Positions 17,244 through 31,613 of a DNA stretch of 64,000 bases are shown piece by piece. A model generated the notes under the pieces. It was not told the origin of the DNA. It saw only the letters and a list, made by a program, of their open reading frames with translations, and ran no database searches. The DNA is from Vicinamibacterales bacterium (GTDB lineage: Bacteria; Acidobacteriota; Vicinamibacteria; Vicinamibacterales; SCN-69-37), in NCBI GenBank assembly GCA_035547155.1, contig DASZVJ010000034.1, positions 5,895-69,894 of the forward strand, given 5' to 3'. The position numbers were made by a program, and so were the translations under genes. Position 1 is the stretch's first letter; each line of letters begins with the position of its first letter.

Positions 17244-18464
17244 TTATCCGCGTCGCGGCTTCCACGTCACCGGCTCGATGCGCGGCAATCCGAACAGGTA
17301 CGCCGCCGAGCCGATCAGCACGACGATCGCGGAGACCGCGAACGCCCACAGAAACTGACCGGTCCGGTCGACGACGACGCCAGTGATGGCCGGAGCGATG
17401 ACGCCGGAGAGATTCGCGACGAAGTTCTGCAGGCCCGACCATTTGCCGGCCGCGAGCGGACCGGCGAGCGTCTGCGTGATCGCCCAGTGGCTCGACGCGA
17501 AGACGCCGTACGCCACGCACGCCAGCATCAGCAGCACCATCGACGTCGTGCGATCGGGCGCGATGGCAACGGCGACGACGATGGTCGCGATCGCGAGCCC
17601 GCCGCCGGCGCACGTCTTCCGCACGCGCGTCGGTGTCGCGCCGTTGGCGATCGCGCGATCGGACACCGCGCCGGCGATGACGCTCGTGACGGCCGTCACG
17701 AGGTACGCAAGCGATCCGAGCGAGGCCATCTGCGTGAGCGAGAAGCCGCGCTCGCGCACGAGATAGAACGGCAGCCACGTGAGCAGGAAGTACCAGAAGT
17801 AGTTGCCGCAGAAGTGCCCGGTCACGCTCGCCCACGCCGCGGGCTGCGCGATGATCTCGCGCGCCGTCGGCACCATCGCCTGATGGCCGGGCGTGACGAC
17901 GCGCGCCGGCATCCACTTCAGCCAGAGCGGCAGCCAGATCAAGCTGCCGATGCCGAGCACGACGAAGAACGGCCGCCAGCCATACCTCGCCATCAACAGG
18001 CCGCCAACGAACGTGCCCAGTGCCGGGCCGAACTTCGTGCCGGCGTCAATCATCGCGTTCGGCAGTCCGCGCTGATGCTCGGCGACGTGCGTCGCCAGAA
18101 TCTTCGAATAGCACGGATACGCGACGGACTCGCCGATGCCGAGCGCCAGCCGCAAGGCGATCAGCGCGGCGAATCCGCTCACGAGGCCGGTGGCGGCCGT
18201 CGCCAGCGACCACACGGCGAAGCCCGCGGCCAGCAGCAGGTTCTCGTCGAAGCGATCCACGAGCCAGCCGGAGACGAGCTGGAAGAGCGCGTACGTCCAG
18301 AAGAACGAGGACAGCAGCACGCCGAGCTGCGACGCGGAGATGCCCATCTCGCGCTCGAGGATCGGCGCGGCGATCGAGAGATTGCCGCGATCGATGTAGT
18401 TGATCGCGACCGACACGACGAGCAGGATCACGATGCGCCACGGACGCCGCGAACGTTGAGCCAC
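17244..18464 (-). CDS. MFS transporter, anion:cation symporter (ACS) family (sugar-acid type)
   Basis: Track ORF 17244..18629, trimmed to GTG 18464, preceded by GGAGG with 6-nt spacing. INYIDRGNLSIAAPILEREMGIS...FFWTYALFQLVSGWLVDRF is the ACS-family signature. About 12 TM segments. Confidence 0.8.
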   Translation of the reverse strand: MAQRSRRPWRIVILLVVSVAINYIDRGNLSIAAPILEREMGISASQLGVLLSSFFWTYALFQLVSGWLVDRFDENLLLAAGFAVWSLATAATGLVSGFAALIALRLALGIGESVAYPCYSKILATHVAEHQRGLPNAMIDAGTKFGPALGTFVGGLLMARYGWRPFFVVLGIGSLIWLPLWLKWMPARVVTPGHQAMVPTAREIIAQPAAWASVTGHFCGNYFWYFLLTWLPFYLVRERGFSLTQMASLGSLAYLVTAVTSVIAGAVSDRAIANGATPTRVRKTCAGGGLAIATIVVAVAIAPDRTTSMVLLMLACVAYGVFASSHWAITQTLAGPLAAGKWSGLQNFVANLSGVIAPAITGVVVDRTGQFLWAFAVSAIVVLIGSAAYLFGLPRIEPVTWKPRRG

Positions 18465-18631
18465 GTAGACCTCCGGATCGACGAACGCGCCTGGCGCGAC
18501 GTGATGAGGGATGCGCGGAGAGCGTACACGATCGGCCCGCACGCGCGGGCGATCGGCGTGGATCGTCCCGATCGCGCGGGATGACGGATAATGTGATCCG
18601 CACGCCAGCCTGCCGTTCGCCGGAGTCACCG

Positions 18632-19459
18632 ATGACCGCGGATCGCTCGCGTTTTCCCGCCGTTCGTCTGCTGCTCGCGACTGCCCTGTGTGGCAGCCTG
18701 TCGCTCGCGCCCGCGTCCGTGTCGACGCGTGCGGCCGATCAAGCCCTTCTCGCGACGTGGCGTACCGCCAGCATCACGATCGATGGCTCGCTCGCGGACT
18801 GGACGCAGTTGACGCGCGTCGGCCAGGGCCCGCTCGTCGGCGCTCAGAACGACGACCACTCGCTGTATCTCGCCGTGGCCTCGAGCGACGCGACCGTCCG
18901 TCCGCAGCTCGCGACCGGCCTCGTCGTCTGGATCGACCGCGCGGGCGGCAAGGCGCAGACGTTCGGCCTCCGGCTCGAAGGCCTGACGCGCCGGGCGCTG
19001 CCGGGCGCGGCACCGGACGCCGCGTCCAGCGGCGATCTGGAGCCCGGATCGCAGACGCTCGACGACTGCGATCTGCTCGGTCCGGCGAAGAATCAACGCC
19101 GCCTCATCGATCGCCCGGCCGACGTCGGCATCGCGCTCGCGTCCGGGTTCGAGAATCATCTGGTGATCTACGAGCTGAAGCTGCCGCTCGCCAGGACCGA
19201 CGCGACGCCGTACGCCGTCGACGCAGGATCCGGCACCACGATCGCGATCGGGCTCGAGACGCCGGCCGATCCGAAGCTGCCGAAGCGGCGCGATCGCCTC
19301 GACAACCCGACATCGACGAACCCGTGGGTCAACGATCCGTACGGCGGCTACTTCAACCCGCCGCCGCCGACGAACAGCGGATCGCAGCCGCCGAAGGAGA
19401 AACGGATCAAACCGATGACGCTGGTGTGGGCGGCGGTGCGTCTGGCGTCTGCGCCGTGA
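18632..19459 (+). CDS. Secreted hypothetical protein
   Basis: Trimmed to ATG 18632 (GGAG 6 nt upstream). Signal peptide MTADRSRFPAVRLLLATALCGSLSLAPASVSTRA. Pro-rich basic C-terminus. I can name no family with confidence. Confidence 0.5.
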   Translation: MTADRSRFPAVRLLLATALCGSLSLAPASVSTRAADQALLATWRTASITIDGSLADWTQLTRVGQGPLVGAQNDDHSLYLAVASSDATVRPQLATGLVVWIDRAGGKAQTFGLRLEGLTRRALPGAAPDAASSGDLEPGSQTLDDCDLLGPAKNQRRLIDRPADVGIALASGFENHLVIYELKLPLARTDATPYAVDAGSGTTIAIGLETPADPKLPKRRDRLDNPTSTNPWVNDPYGGYFNPPPPTNSGSQPPKEKRIKPMTLVWAAVRLASAP

Positions 19460-19477
19460 CCGCCTCGTGCGGATCGA

Positions 19478-19885
19478 TCAGCAGACCGGCTCCGACATCC
19501 CCGGCTCCGGCCGATCGATCCCGAGAATCGCGGCGAGCTGATCGGCAAGCTGATCCGGCAGAATCGGCTTCGCGATGAACGCGTCGAAGCCGGCGCGCAG
19601 CGCGCTCTCGCGCTCGTCGGGCAGCGCGTGCGCGGTGAGCGCGACGATGGGCACGTGCGTGAACGCCGGATCCATCTTGAGCACGCCCAGCGCCTCGATG
19701 CCCGTCAGCCCGGGCATCCGGATGTCGAGCAGCACGATGTCGGGCCTGTGACGGCGAGCGGCGTCGACGGCCGCGCGGCCGTCGAACGCGGTGACGACGC
19801 GAAAGCCGAAGAAGCGCAGCCCCACCGAGTACATCTCACAGGCATCGACGTAATCGTCCGCGAGCAGCACGAGCGGTCTGTCCAT
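19478..19885 (-). CDS. Single-domain response regulator (CheY-like receiver)
   Basis: LVLLADDY (acidic pocket), phospho-acceptor region IVLLDIRMPGLTG, and VALTAHA...FIAKP (T and K positions). It starts 3 nt after the upstream stop. Confidence 0.9.
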   Translation of the reverse strand: MDRPLVLLADDYVDACEMYSVGLRFFGFRVVTAFDGRAAVDAARRHRPDIVLLDIRMPGLTGIEALGVLKMDPAFTHVPIVALTAHALPDERESALRAGFDAFIAKPILPDQLADQLAAILGIDRPEPGMSEPVC

Positions 19886-19888
19886 GCG

Positions 19889-21178
19889 TTACAACCCCGA
19901 CGCCACCGCGGGCGCGCTCTCGCCGGACGGCGCGTCCACGCCGGCAGTCATCGCAGGCACGCGCACGATGAACGTCGCGCCCGCATCGGTACCCGCGCTC
20001 CACGCGCGGATCGTGCCGCCGTGCAGCTCGACGAGCTGCCGCGTGATCGCCAGTCCCAGCCCGAGCCCGGCCGTGCCGCTCGTCGAGATGCCGCGCTCCT
20101 GGCGAAAGCGCTCGAAGACGTGCGGCAGGAACGCCGGGCTGATGCCGCGGCCGTTGTCCTGCACGACGATCTCCACGCAGCCCTCGACCATGCGAATGTC
20201 GGCCGCCACGCGGCCTCCTTCGGGCGTGAACTTGACGGCGTTGTGCAGGAGATTCCAGAGCACCTGCTGCAGGCGCCGGTCGTCGCCCGCGACAGCGCGC
20301 AGATCGGGGGAGACCGCAGCGACGAGCGCCACGCCTTTCCGATCCGCCGCCGGTTGCAGCTCTCGAAGCGTCGTCTGCAGCAGCTGGCCCAAATCCACGC
20401 GATCCATCTCGAGACGCAGCGTGCCGGACGTGAGCCGGCTCATGTCGAGCAAATCGTCGATCAGCTTCGCCTGCAGCTCGGCGTTTCGGCGGACCGTGGC
20501 AAGTGCGAGCTGGACGTCGCGCGCGCCCATGCCGGTCTCGAGCATCGACAGCCAGCCGAGGATGACGTTCATCGGCGTCCGCAGCTCGTGACTCAGCGAT
20601 GCGAGGAAGTCATCCTTCAAACGGCTCTGACGCTCGGCCTCGTCCCTCGCGGCCACCAATGCCGCGGTGCGCTCGCGGACGCGGCGCTCCAGCTCCTGGT
20701 TCGCTTCCTCCAGCGCGGCCTGCACACGCTCGCGTTCCGCGATCTCCGCCTGCAGCGCTTCGGCGAGACGCGACAGCTCGCGCGTCTTCGTGAAGATGTC
20801 GACGAACACGCCGACCTTCGAGCGGAGGATCTCCGCGTCGATCGGCTTGCTCAGATAGTCGACGGCGCCGGCACCGTAGCCCTGGAGCACGTCGCGATCG
20901 TCCACCGTGTGCGCGGTCAGCAGCAGGATCGGCACGTGCTGCAGCCGCTTCCGCTGTTTGATGAGCGTCGCGAGCTCGATGCCGCTCATGTCCGGCATCC
21001 GGATGTCGAGGACGATGGCCGCGAACTCGTGGCTGAGCAGCGCCAGCAGCGCCTCGTCGGCCGACGTCGCGCGGACGAGCGCACAGTCGAGCTGGCCCAG
21101 CATGACCTCCAGCGCGTCGAGGTTGCGCGGCTGATCGTCGACGATCAGCACCTTCGGGACGTCGGCGGGTGTCGTCAT
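19889..21178 (-). CDS. Response-regulator/histidine-kinase fusion (REC, coiled coil, HisKA, HATPase_c)
   Basis: REC: KVLIVDDQ, AIVLDIRMPDMSG, LLLTAH. H-box: FLASLSHELRTPMN. N/G boxes: NLLHNAVKFTPEGG, DNGRGI, GLGLGLAI. I chose ATG 21178; the track's GTG at 21205 is the alternative. Confidence 0.85.
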   Translation of the reverse strand: MTTPADVPKVLIVDDQPRNLDALEVMLGQLDCALVRATSADEALLALLSHEFAAIVLDIRMPDMSGIELATLIKQRKRLQHVPILLLTAHTVDDRDVLQGYGAGAVDYLSKPIDAEILRSKVGVFVDIFTKTRELSRLAEALQAEIAERERVQAALEEANQELERRVRERTAALVAARDEAERQSRLKDDFLASLSHELRTPMNVILGWLSMLETGMGARDVQLALATVRRNAELQAKLIDDLLDMSRLTSGTLRLEMDRVDLGQLLQTTLRELQPAADRKGVALVAAVSPDLRAVAGDDRRLQQVLWNLLHNAVKFTPEGGRVAADIRMVEGCVEIVVQDNGRGISPAFLPHVFERFRQERGISTSGTAGLGLGLAITRQLVELHGGTIRAWSAGTDAGATFIVRVPAMTAGVDAPSGESAPAVASGL

Positions 21179-21185
21179 CCGCGGG

Positions 21186-25550
<4,365 letters not shown>

Positions 25551-25824
25551 GGTCGGCCTCCGACGTGACGCTGGGGAGAGCGCGCTTCGACGAGTGGCGC
25601 ACGAACGCCGGCTGGGGAGGGCCGGACTGCGATCGCCGAAGACGCTCCGGCCATCCTACTCAGGGAATGGCCGAAGCGCCAGTACCGAATGGACCGTCCA
25701 CACCGGCGAGCTCACGTCGAGCGCCGGTCCGCGGATGCTCCGTCGCGCGCCCGTTACCGGAGTGTCGAGGCTGACGCTGCTGCCTGCCGTGGCGGTCCGC
25801 CGGCGCGCAGAGAAAAGTCGTCGC

Positions 25825-26796
25825 TCAGTCAGAGTCGGTGGACGCGTCCAGGTGGCTGGCGGCGTCCAACGCCTTCAGATCGGAAACGGTCAGCGCGAGA
25901 GACGCGGAACGAATCAGACTGTCCACCTGATCGACGGTCGTCGCGCTGGCAATCGGCGCGGTGACGCCGGGTTGCGCCGCCACCCACGCCAGCGCGACCT
26001 CCGCGGGCTTCGCCGCGTGGCTGGCGGCAACCTGATCGAGGGCGTGCAGGATCCGTGTGCCGCGAGGATTGAGATACGTGCGCACGCCGCCGCCGCGCGG
26101 GCTCTGTCCGAGATCCGACTCGCGACGGTACTTGCCCGTCAGAAATCCCTTTGCGAGACCGAAGTACGTAACGACGCCGATGTCCTCGGCAATCGCGAGA
26201 TCGCGCAGCGGACCTTCGAAGCTGGCGCGATCGTAGAGGTTGTACTCGGGCTGCAGCACGTCGTAGCGCGGCAGGCCGTTGGCCGATGCGGCATCGAGTG
26301 ACGCACACAGCTGCGCCGCGTCGAGATTCGACGCGCCGATCGCGCGCACCTTCCCCGCTCGAAGCATCTGCTGATAGGCGCCGAGCGTCTCCTCGTACGG
26401 CACGGCCGGATCGGGCCAGTGCGAGAGATAGATGTCGATGTAGTCCGTGCGCAGCCGCTGAAGCGACGCCTCCACGGCTTCGACGATATACGCCGCTGAC
26501 AGACCCTTTTTGCCGGGTCCCATCTCCGAGCCGACTTTCGTGATCACGATGGTGCGATCGCGGCGTCTGCGCGAGGCCATCCACTCGCCGATGATCCGTT
26601 CCGACTCTCCGCCGGCGTGACCGGGCACCCACGAGCTGTAGACGTCCGCGGTGTCGATCGTCTCGAGGCCAGCGTCGGCGAATCGATCGAGGACGGCGAA
26701 CGATGCGGTCTTGTCTGCGGTCCACAGAAACACGTTGCCGCCGAGCACCAGTGGAGAGATCTCGATTCCCGTCCGCCCGAGACGCCGCTTCGTCAT
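25825..26796 (-). CDS. Aldo/keto reductase family oxidoreductase
   Basis: Trimmed to ATG 26796 (MTKRRLGRTGIEISPLVLGGNVF), with AAGGA upstream. AKR motifs: IDTADVYS, ITKVG, IDIYLSHWPD, VRAIGASN. Confidence 0.85.
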   Translation of the reverse strand: MTKRRLGRTGIEISPLVLGGNVFLWTADKTASFAVLDRFADAGLETIDTADVYSSWVPGHAGGESERIIGEWMASRRRRDRTIVITKVGSEMGPGKKGLSAAYIVEAVEASLQRLRTDYIDIYLSHWPDPAVPYEETLGAYQQMLRAGKVRAIGASNLDAAQLCASLDAASANGLPRYDVLQPEYNLYDRASFEGPLRDLAIAEDIGVVTYFGLAKGFLTGKYRRESDLGQSPRGGGVRTYLNPRGTRILHALDQVAASHAAKPAEVALAWVAAQPGVTAPIASATTVDQVDSLIRSASLALTVSDLKALDAASHLDASTDSD

Positions 26797-26962
26797 CTTG
26801 ACAATCCTTCGTGCATGAGAGCGCACCGATGCGGTGCGATCCAAAGTCCCATCATACGTAGGCGGTGCCCTTCTCTCTTCCCTTGACGCTCTAAGCAAGA
26901 CCGTGCTCTACTGTCACTCACTCAGACGATCTAGGTAAGCCACGTCTGGAGGAGGACGATCG

Positions 26963-27307
26963 ATGGCGGTGCGGAAGGGCGATCTGCTGCAGGGGACGCT
27001 GGATCTCCTCGTGCTGAAAGTGCTCGGATCCGGGCCGAACCATGGCTATGGCATCGCGATGCGGCTGCACCAGCTCTCCGACGACGAGTTGCGAGTCGAG
27101 GAAGGCTCGCTGTATCCCGCGCTCTATCGCATGGAAGAGCAGGGCCTGATCGACTCGGAATGGCGGCCCACCGAGAACAATCGCAAGGCCAAGTTCTACA
27201 AGCTGACGCGGAAAGGCCAGCGAACGGCGCAGGCCGAGCTCGACGGCTGGCTGCGGCTGTCCGGCGCCGTCACGCGCGTCCTGCGCGCGCTCGAGCAGGA
27301 GGCCTGA
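26963..27307 (+). CDS. PadR family transcriptional regulator (acidobacterial ADOP-associated type)
   Basis: LLQGTLDLLVLKVLGSGPNHGYGIAMRL...EGSLYPALYRMEEQGLIDSEWRPTENNRKAKFYKLTRKG. GGAGGAGG SD upstream. The stop lies 1 nt before the permease GTG. Confidence 0.9.
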   Translation: MAVRKGDLLQGTLDLLVLKVLGSGPNHGYGIAMRLHQLSDDELRVEEGSLYPALYRMEEQGLIDSEWRPTENNRKAKFYKLTRKGQRTAQAELDGWLRLSGAVTRVLRALEQEA

Positions 27308-27308
27308 C

Positions 27309-29969
27309 GTGGCCCTGCGACCGCCGCGCCTCATTCGTCGTCTGCTCGCGCTCTTCCGATGGCGCTCGCGCGATCGCGACATGGATCGCGAGATGGCCTT
27401 TCACGTCGACGCGCTGACCCGCGACTACGCGCGCGATGGTTTGAGCGATGCCGACGCACAGCGCGCGGCGCGCCGCCAGTTCGGCAACGTCACGCGGCTC
27501 AAGGAGCGCGGGCACGACGTGCGGACGCTGCGCATGGCGGAGGACCTGGCGCGCAACGTCAGACACGCGGTGCGCGGCTTCACGCGGACGCCCGGCTTCG
27601 CGATCACCGTGGTGCTGACGCTGGCGCTCGGCATCGGCGGCAGCACGGCCATCTTCTCGATCGTCGATCAGACGCTGCTCCGCCCACTGCCCTACCCGAA
27701 CGGCGACGAGCTCGTGACGATCTATGAAACGGCGCCGGCGTTCGGACTCGGTCCGGAACAGATCGTCTTCGGGCAGACACGCAACGTCGTGTCGCCTGCC
27801 AACTGGCTCGACTGGCAACGCGACAGTCACAGCCTGCAGCAGCTCGCGGCATGGCGGGGGGCATCGTGGACACTGACGGACGCCGGCGATCCCGTCCGTC
27901 TCGACGTACAACTCGTCTCGTCGGAGTTCTTCCCGCTGCTGGGCGTCCAGCCGTTGCTCGGACGCACGATCACGCCCGACGACGACCATCCGAACGCGCC
28001 TCGCGTCGTCGTGCTGAGCCATGACCTGTGGCAGCAGCGGTTCGGCGGCGATCCCAAGGTCGTGGGACGCGCGATCGAGTTGAACGACAGTCCCGCGCGG
28101 ATTGTCGGCGTGATGCCGGCCGGCTTCCGGTTTCTCGATCGCGGCACGGCGCTCTGGAGCGCATTCCAGCTCGATCGCCATGAGGATTGGCGCGCGACGG
28201 CCGGCCGGTTCATGAACGTGGTGGCGCGGCTTCGGACCGGGACGCCGATGAGCGCCGCGCGCGCGGAGATGGCCGGAATCGCGGATCGTCTGGCCGCAAC
28301 GTATCCATTCAACAAGAGCACGTCGCTACTGATGGTGCCGCTGCGCGAGGAGCTGACCGGACGGGTGAAGACCTCGCTGCTGATGCTGTACGCCACCGTC
28401 AGCGTGCTGCTCGCGATTGCCTGTTTGAATGTCGCGAATCTCCTCGTGGCCCGCGCCGCCTCCCGTCGTCGCGAGCTGGCGATCCGGATGTCGATTGGCG
28501 CGGGACGCGCAGCGATCGTGCGGCAGCTGCTCGTCGAAAGCGTGCTGCTCGCCGGCGCAGGCGGCGTCCTCGGTGCCGCGCTCGCGCGAGAGAGCCTTCA
28601 CGCGCTGGTCGCGCTTGCGCCGCCGGAGTTACTGCGCGTGCCGTCGCTCGCGATCGACGTGCGCGTCCTGTGCTACTCGCTCGGCCTGTCCCTGGCGACG
28701 GGCGTGATCGTAGGAGTCGCGCCTGCGGCTCTGGCTGTCGGGGAATCGCTCGTCGCGTCGATCAAAGCGAGCGGACCGTCCGTCGCTCGTGCGCCGCGCG
28801 CGCGTCAGGCGCTCGTCGTCGGCCAGGTCGCGATGGCGGTCGTGCTGTTGTGCGGCGCTGGACTGCTCGTGCGGACGCTCGTCGCGCTCAATGCGACGCC
28901 GACCGGCGCGGGCACGCGGGACCTGCTCACGATGGAGGTCTCGCTGCCCGACGCGCGTTACGCCCCGGAACGGCGCGTGGAATTCTTCCGCGACGCGGTG
29001 GCTGTGCTGCGCGCGCTGCCCGGTGTCGAGGGCGCGGCAGCCGCGGACAGTCTTCCCGTCATCGGCGATCCGAGGGGCGGCACCGCGTTCCATCGTCAGG
29101 GCACGCCGCAACGCCCGCTCATGGAGATGCCCTCCGCCATCATCCGCGTCGTGACGCCCGGATACTTCCGCACACTGGGCATTCCGATCCTGCGCGGGCG
29201 GGAATTCAGCGAGGCCGACGACCGCAGTTCCACGCCGGGATTCGTCGTCAACGAGGCCTTCGCGCGGAAATATCTTTCGGATATCGATCCGTTGTCCGTG
29301 TCGCTGTCCGTGTGGATGCAGCCGGAGAATCCGCACGAGCCCGTGCTCGGCGTCGTGGGCGACGTGAGCGAAGGATCGCTGAGGGACGCGCCCAAACCGA
29401 CCATCTTCTACAGCGAGCGGCAGATGACCGAGTCGAGCCTGACGCTGTTCGTTCGCGCACGGCGCCCAGAGACGCTCGCGACGGCCGCCGTGGGCGCCAT
29501 CCATCGTCTCGATCCGAATCTCGCGGTAACGCGCGTCCGGACCTTCGAGGGCGCGCTCGCGGAGAGCATCGCACGCGAATGGCTCAACGCGATGGTGTCC
29601 GGCGCCGTCGCCGCGATCGGCCTGCTGCTGGCCTCACTCGGCCTCTACGGCCTGCTGTCGTTCCTGGTGATCGAGCGCACGAAAGAGATCGGCATTCGCA
29701 TCGCGCTCGGTGCGCGATTGGCGCGCGTCAAAGGATCGATCGTCGCCGGCGGTTTGGGACTCGTCGCCATCGGCGCCGCGATCGGCGTCGCCGGATCGCT
29801 GCTGCTCCTGCGCTCGCTCGGCGCGCTGCTCTTCAGCGTCACGCCCTACGACGTCTCGACGTACGCGATCGTCATCGCGCTGCTCGGCGCCATCGCGACC
29901 ATCGCGTCCTATCTGCCCGCCCGCCGCGCTGCGCGCATCCAGCCGCTCGTTGCGCTGCGGCAGGATTGA
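27309..29969 (+). CDS. ADOP-type duplicated MacB/FtsX-like permease (886 aa)
   Basis: GTG 27309. N-terminal cytoplasmic helix (LFRWRSRDRDMDREMAFHVDALTRDY), TM1 (FAITVVLTLALGIGGSTAIFSIV), two FtsX regions (CLNVANLLVARAASRRRELAIRMSIGAGR and FLVIERTKEIGIRIALGARL), C-terminus AARIQPLVALRQD. Confidence 0.9.
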   Translation: MALRPPRLIRRLLALFRWRSRDRDMDREMAFHVDALTRDYARDGLSDADAQRAARRQFGNVTRLKERGHDVRTLRMAEDLARNVRHAVRGFTRTPGFAITVVLTLALGIGGSTAIFSIVDQTLLRPLPYPNGDELVTIYETAPAFGLGPEQIVFGQTRNVVSPANWLDWQRDSHSLQQLAAWRGASWTLTDAGDPVRLDVQLVSSEFFPLLGVQPLLGRTITPDDDHPNAPRVVVLSHDLWQQRFGGDPKVVGRAIELNDSPARIVGVMPAGFRFLDRGTALWSAFQLDRHEDWRATAGRFMNVVARLRTGTPMSAARAEMAGIADRLAATYPFNKSTSLLMVPLREELTGRVKTSLLMLYATVSVLLAIACLNVANLLVARAASRRRELAIRMSIGAGRAAIVRQLLVESVLLAGAGGVLGAALARESLHALVALAPPELLRVPSLAIDVRVLCYSLGLSLATGVIVGVAPAALAVGESLVASIKASGPSVARAPRARQALVVGQVAMAVVLLCGAGLLVRTLVALNATPTGAGTRDLLTMEVSLPDARYAPERRVEFFRDAVAVLRALPGVEGAAAADSLPVIGDPRGGTAFHRQGTPQRPLMEMPSAIIRVVTPGYFRTLGIPILRGREFSEADDRSSTPGFVVNEAFARKYLSDIDPLSVSLSVWMQPENPHEPVLGVVGDVSEGSLRDAPKPTIFYSERQMTESSLTLFVRARRPETLATAAVGAIHRLDPNLAVTRVRTFEGALAESIAREWLNAMVSGAVAAIGLLLASLGLYGLLSFLVIERTKEIGIRIALGARLARVKGSIVAGGLGLVAIGAAIGVAGSLLLLRSLGALLFSVTPYDVSTYAIVIALLGAIATIASYLPARRAARIQPLVALRQD

Positions 29970-30069
29970 ACGCCGGTCATCGCCACTCGCGCATGATCGC
30001 TGCTATTCGTCTGGCCTGCGATCCACCGAAATACATCGAGCGTGGGTGTTTAGGTCGCGCTCGCCGGGT

Positions 30070-30564
30070 TCATGGGCACGCGCTTCCAGCATCCGAGGTG
30101 ACGTCGAATTGCAGCTGAAAATCCTGCTTGACCTTGGGTCCGGTACCGAGGAGAGCTGGCGAATAGAAGTAGTAGGCGGCGCACTGATCGGTCTCCGGCT
30201 CGGATCCGGAGAGCGACCGAACGGAACCGGACCGCACTCCCCCTTTGCCCGTTGTGACGCCACCGCCGAACCCGATCGCGATGCCGCTGCCGACGAACGA
30301 GCCCGTCAGCTTATAGGTGCCAGGAGAGAGTTGCACAAGGAACGCGCTATAGGCTGAGAACGTCTGTCCGTTGAGGCTGGCCGTGTAGGTATCGCCTTGC
30401 GTGGCAGGCTGAAAGCCGATGGCCACGGAGATGGTTCCTGCTCCTGACGGGGAGGTCGGCGACTTGGAGCCGCATCCGTTGGCCATCAAGACCAGGAGTC
30501 CGATGGTGAGCCCGCCACCATGTCGGCCGATCTTTCGAATCGCCTTACGAACAGAAGTCATCAT
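30070..30564 (-). CDS. Hypothetical lipoprotein
   Basis: Signal peptide plus lipobox (LLVLMANGCGS). Gly/Ser/Thr-rich mature part. It lies in a lower-GC stretch. No family recognised. Confidence 0.55.
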   Translation of the reverse strand: MMTSVRKAIRKIGRHGGGLTIGLLVLMANGCGSKSPTSPSGAGTISVAIGFQPATQGDTYTASLNGQTFSAYSAFLVQLSPGTYKLTGSFVGSGIAIGFGGGVTTGKGGVRSGSVRSLSGSEPETDQCAAYYFYSPALLGTGPKVKQDFQLQFDVTSDAGSACP

Positions 30565-30655
30565 TGCGGTCCTCGCCGCGCAGGAATCAAGGCGGACGTC
30601 ACAGTGGCGCCGCCAACGTCGGCAGCCCTCTTCGTCTTGTCCTTACCTGTTGTCG

Positions 30656-31228
30656 TTACTTGAAGTAGTAGTGACCAGATAAGGAAATGGCGAATCCGCC
30701 TACGGAAACTCCGAGAAACGTTCCGGTGGAGTAGTACCCGATGTCGCCGCTGACACCGAAGTTCGGTGCGCCAGCGAAGACGGCTTCCGCGCCAACAAAG
30801 CCCTGTCCGCCGATACCGGTGTCACTGAGACCGGCTGTGCCTGCCCCTTCGGACAGGTGAAAGATGTTCATTCCGCCGCCCGCATATGGCCTGATCTGCA
30901 TCGGTTTGGACAAATCCGGATGACCGAGCACGAAGAGCACCGACGGTGCAAACTGTGTGACCCCGACGTCGACGACGCCGTAATGGGAGAAGTCCATCTG
31001 AACTCCAAACGCGTCGCTGCCCCAATAGCGCAGACTTCCACCTACTCCGAGCGTGAATCCACCCACGCGCCCGCCGGCGCCGAACGTGTGACGACGCGTT
31101 GGCGAAGCGCTCTGCGTAGCTGATCCGCTTTCGGAGGCGGCGACGGCGGCCGTGAGCGCGTGGGACGACTGCGCTTGAGCCGGTGCCGCCAGTGCAATAG
31201 CAGCTAGTGCAACGAACGCTACTTTCAT
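30656..31228 (-). CDS. Small outer-membrane beta-barrel protein (OmpW/OmpX-like size)
   Basis: Trimmed to ATG 31228 (GGAG 8-9 nt upstream). Signal peptide MKVAFVALAAIALAAPAQA. Alternating Gly/aromatic beta-strand pattern (GGSLRYWGSDAFGVQMDFSHY, GVSGDIGYYS, ISLSGHYYFK). Confidence 0.6.
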   Translation of the reverse strand: MKVAFVALAAIALAAPAQAQSSHALTAAVAASESGSATQSASPTRRHTFGAGGRVGGFTLGVGGSLRYWGSDAFGVQMDFSHYGVVDVGVTQFAPSVLFVLGHPDLSKPMQIRPYAGGGMNIFHLSEGAGTAGLSDTGIGGQGFVGAEAVFAGAPNFGVSGDIGYYSTGTFLGVSVGGFAISLSGHYYFK

Positions 31229-31322
31229 CACCCGATCTCCAGTCCTTGCGCCGCATGCGCGAGGCATTCTCTGCGTAGTCGTTCTGTAGTCGACGAGATA
31301 TCTAGTGCCGAAGTGGCGCGAC

Positions 31323-31351
31323 ATCCTAACAGCTATAGGTGTTACATTCAA
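31323..31351 (-). promoter_or_regulatory. Sigma-70-like promoter candidate for the OMP/lipoprotein pair
   Basis: The minus strand reads TTGAAT-17 nt-TAGGAT (complement of 31346..31351 and 31323..31328), about 95 nt upstream of ATG 31228, in an AT-richer intergenic stretch. Confidence 0.3.
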
Positions 31352-31613
31352 CACATATAAATGCCATGCGATCGTGTGGCTTTCCACCTCGGGGACGATA
31401 GATACGCGACGTTCAGACGGGCGACCAATCGAGCGGACGTGCTACGACGACGTCGCGGGGCTTCGCGCTCGTTCCGCACGTCGTTCCGGCAGATCCGGAC
31501 AGCCGGTCAAGCGCTTCGGACGCTTGCGCATGGGCCCAACGGCCGCCATCTCCTAGCCTGGATGTGCGCGTCGCCGCCGTTCGGCGACAATGCGCCAGGC
31601 ATAGGAGTGCGTG

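Noticed and set aside
26883-26912. TTGACG followed 17-18 nt later by TCTACT, as a promoter for the PadR-ADOP operon at 26963.
   Set aside because: The -10 match is weak (3 of 6) and nothing else supports it. Acidobacterial promoter consensus is poorly defined, so it was not reported as a feature.
31352-31610. A possible small RNA or small ORF in the long non-coding stretch between the OMP gene and the PIG-L gene (track ORFs 31305..31556 and 31361..31663).
   Set aside because: The ORF translations are Arg-rich and featureless. I could find only weak 5-6-bp hairpins and no conserved-looking structure. This cannot be supported without transcriptome or covariance data.
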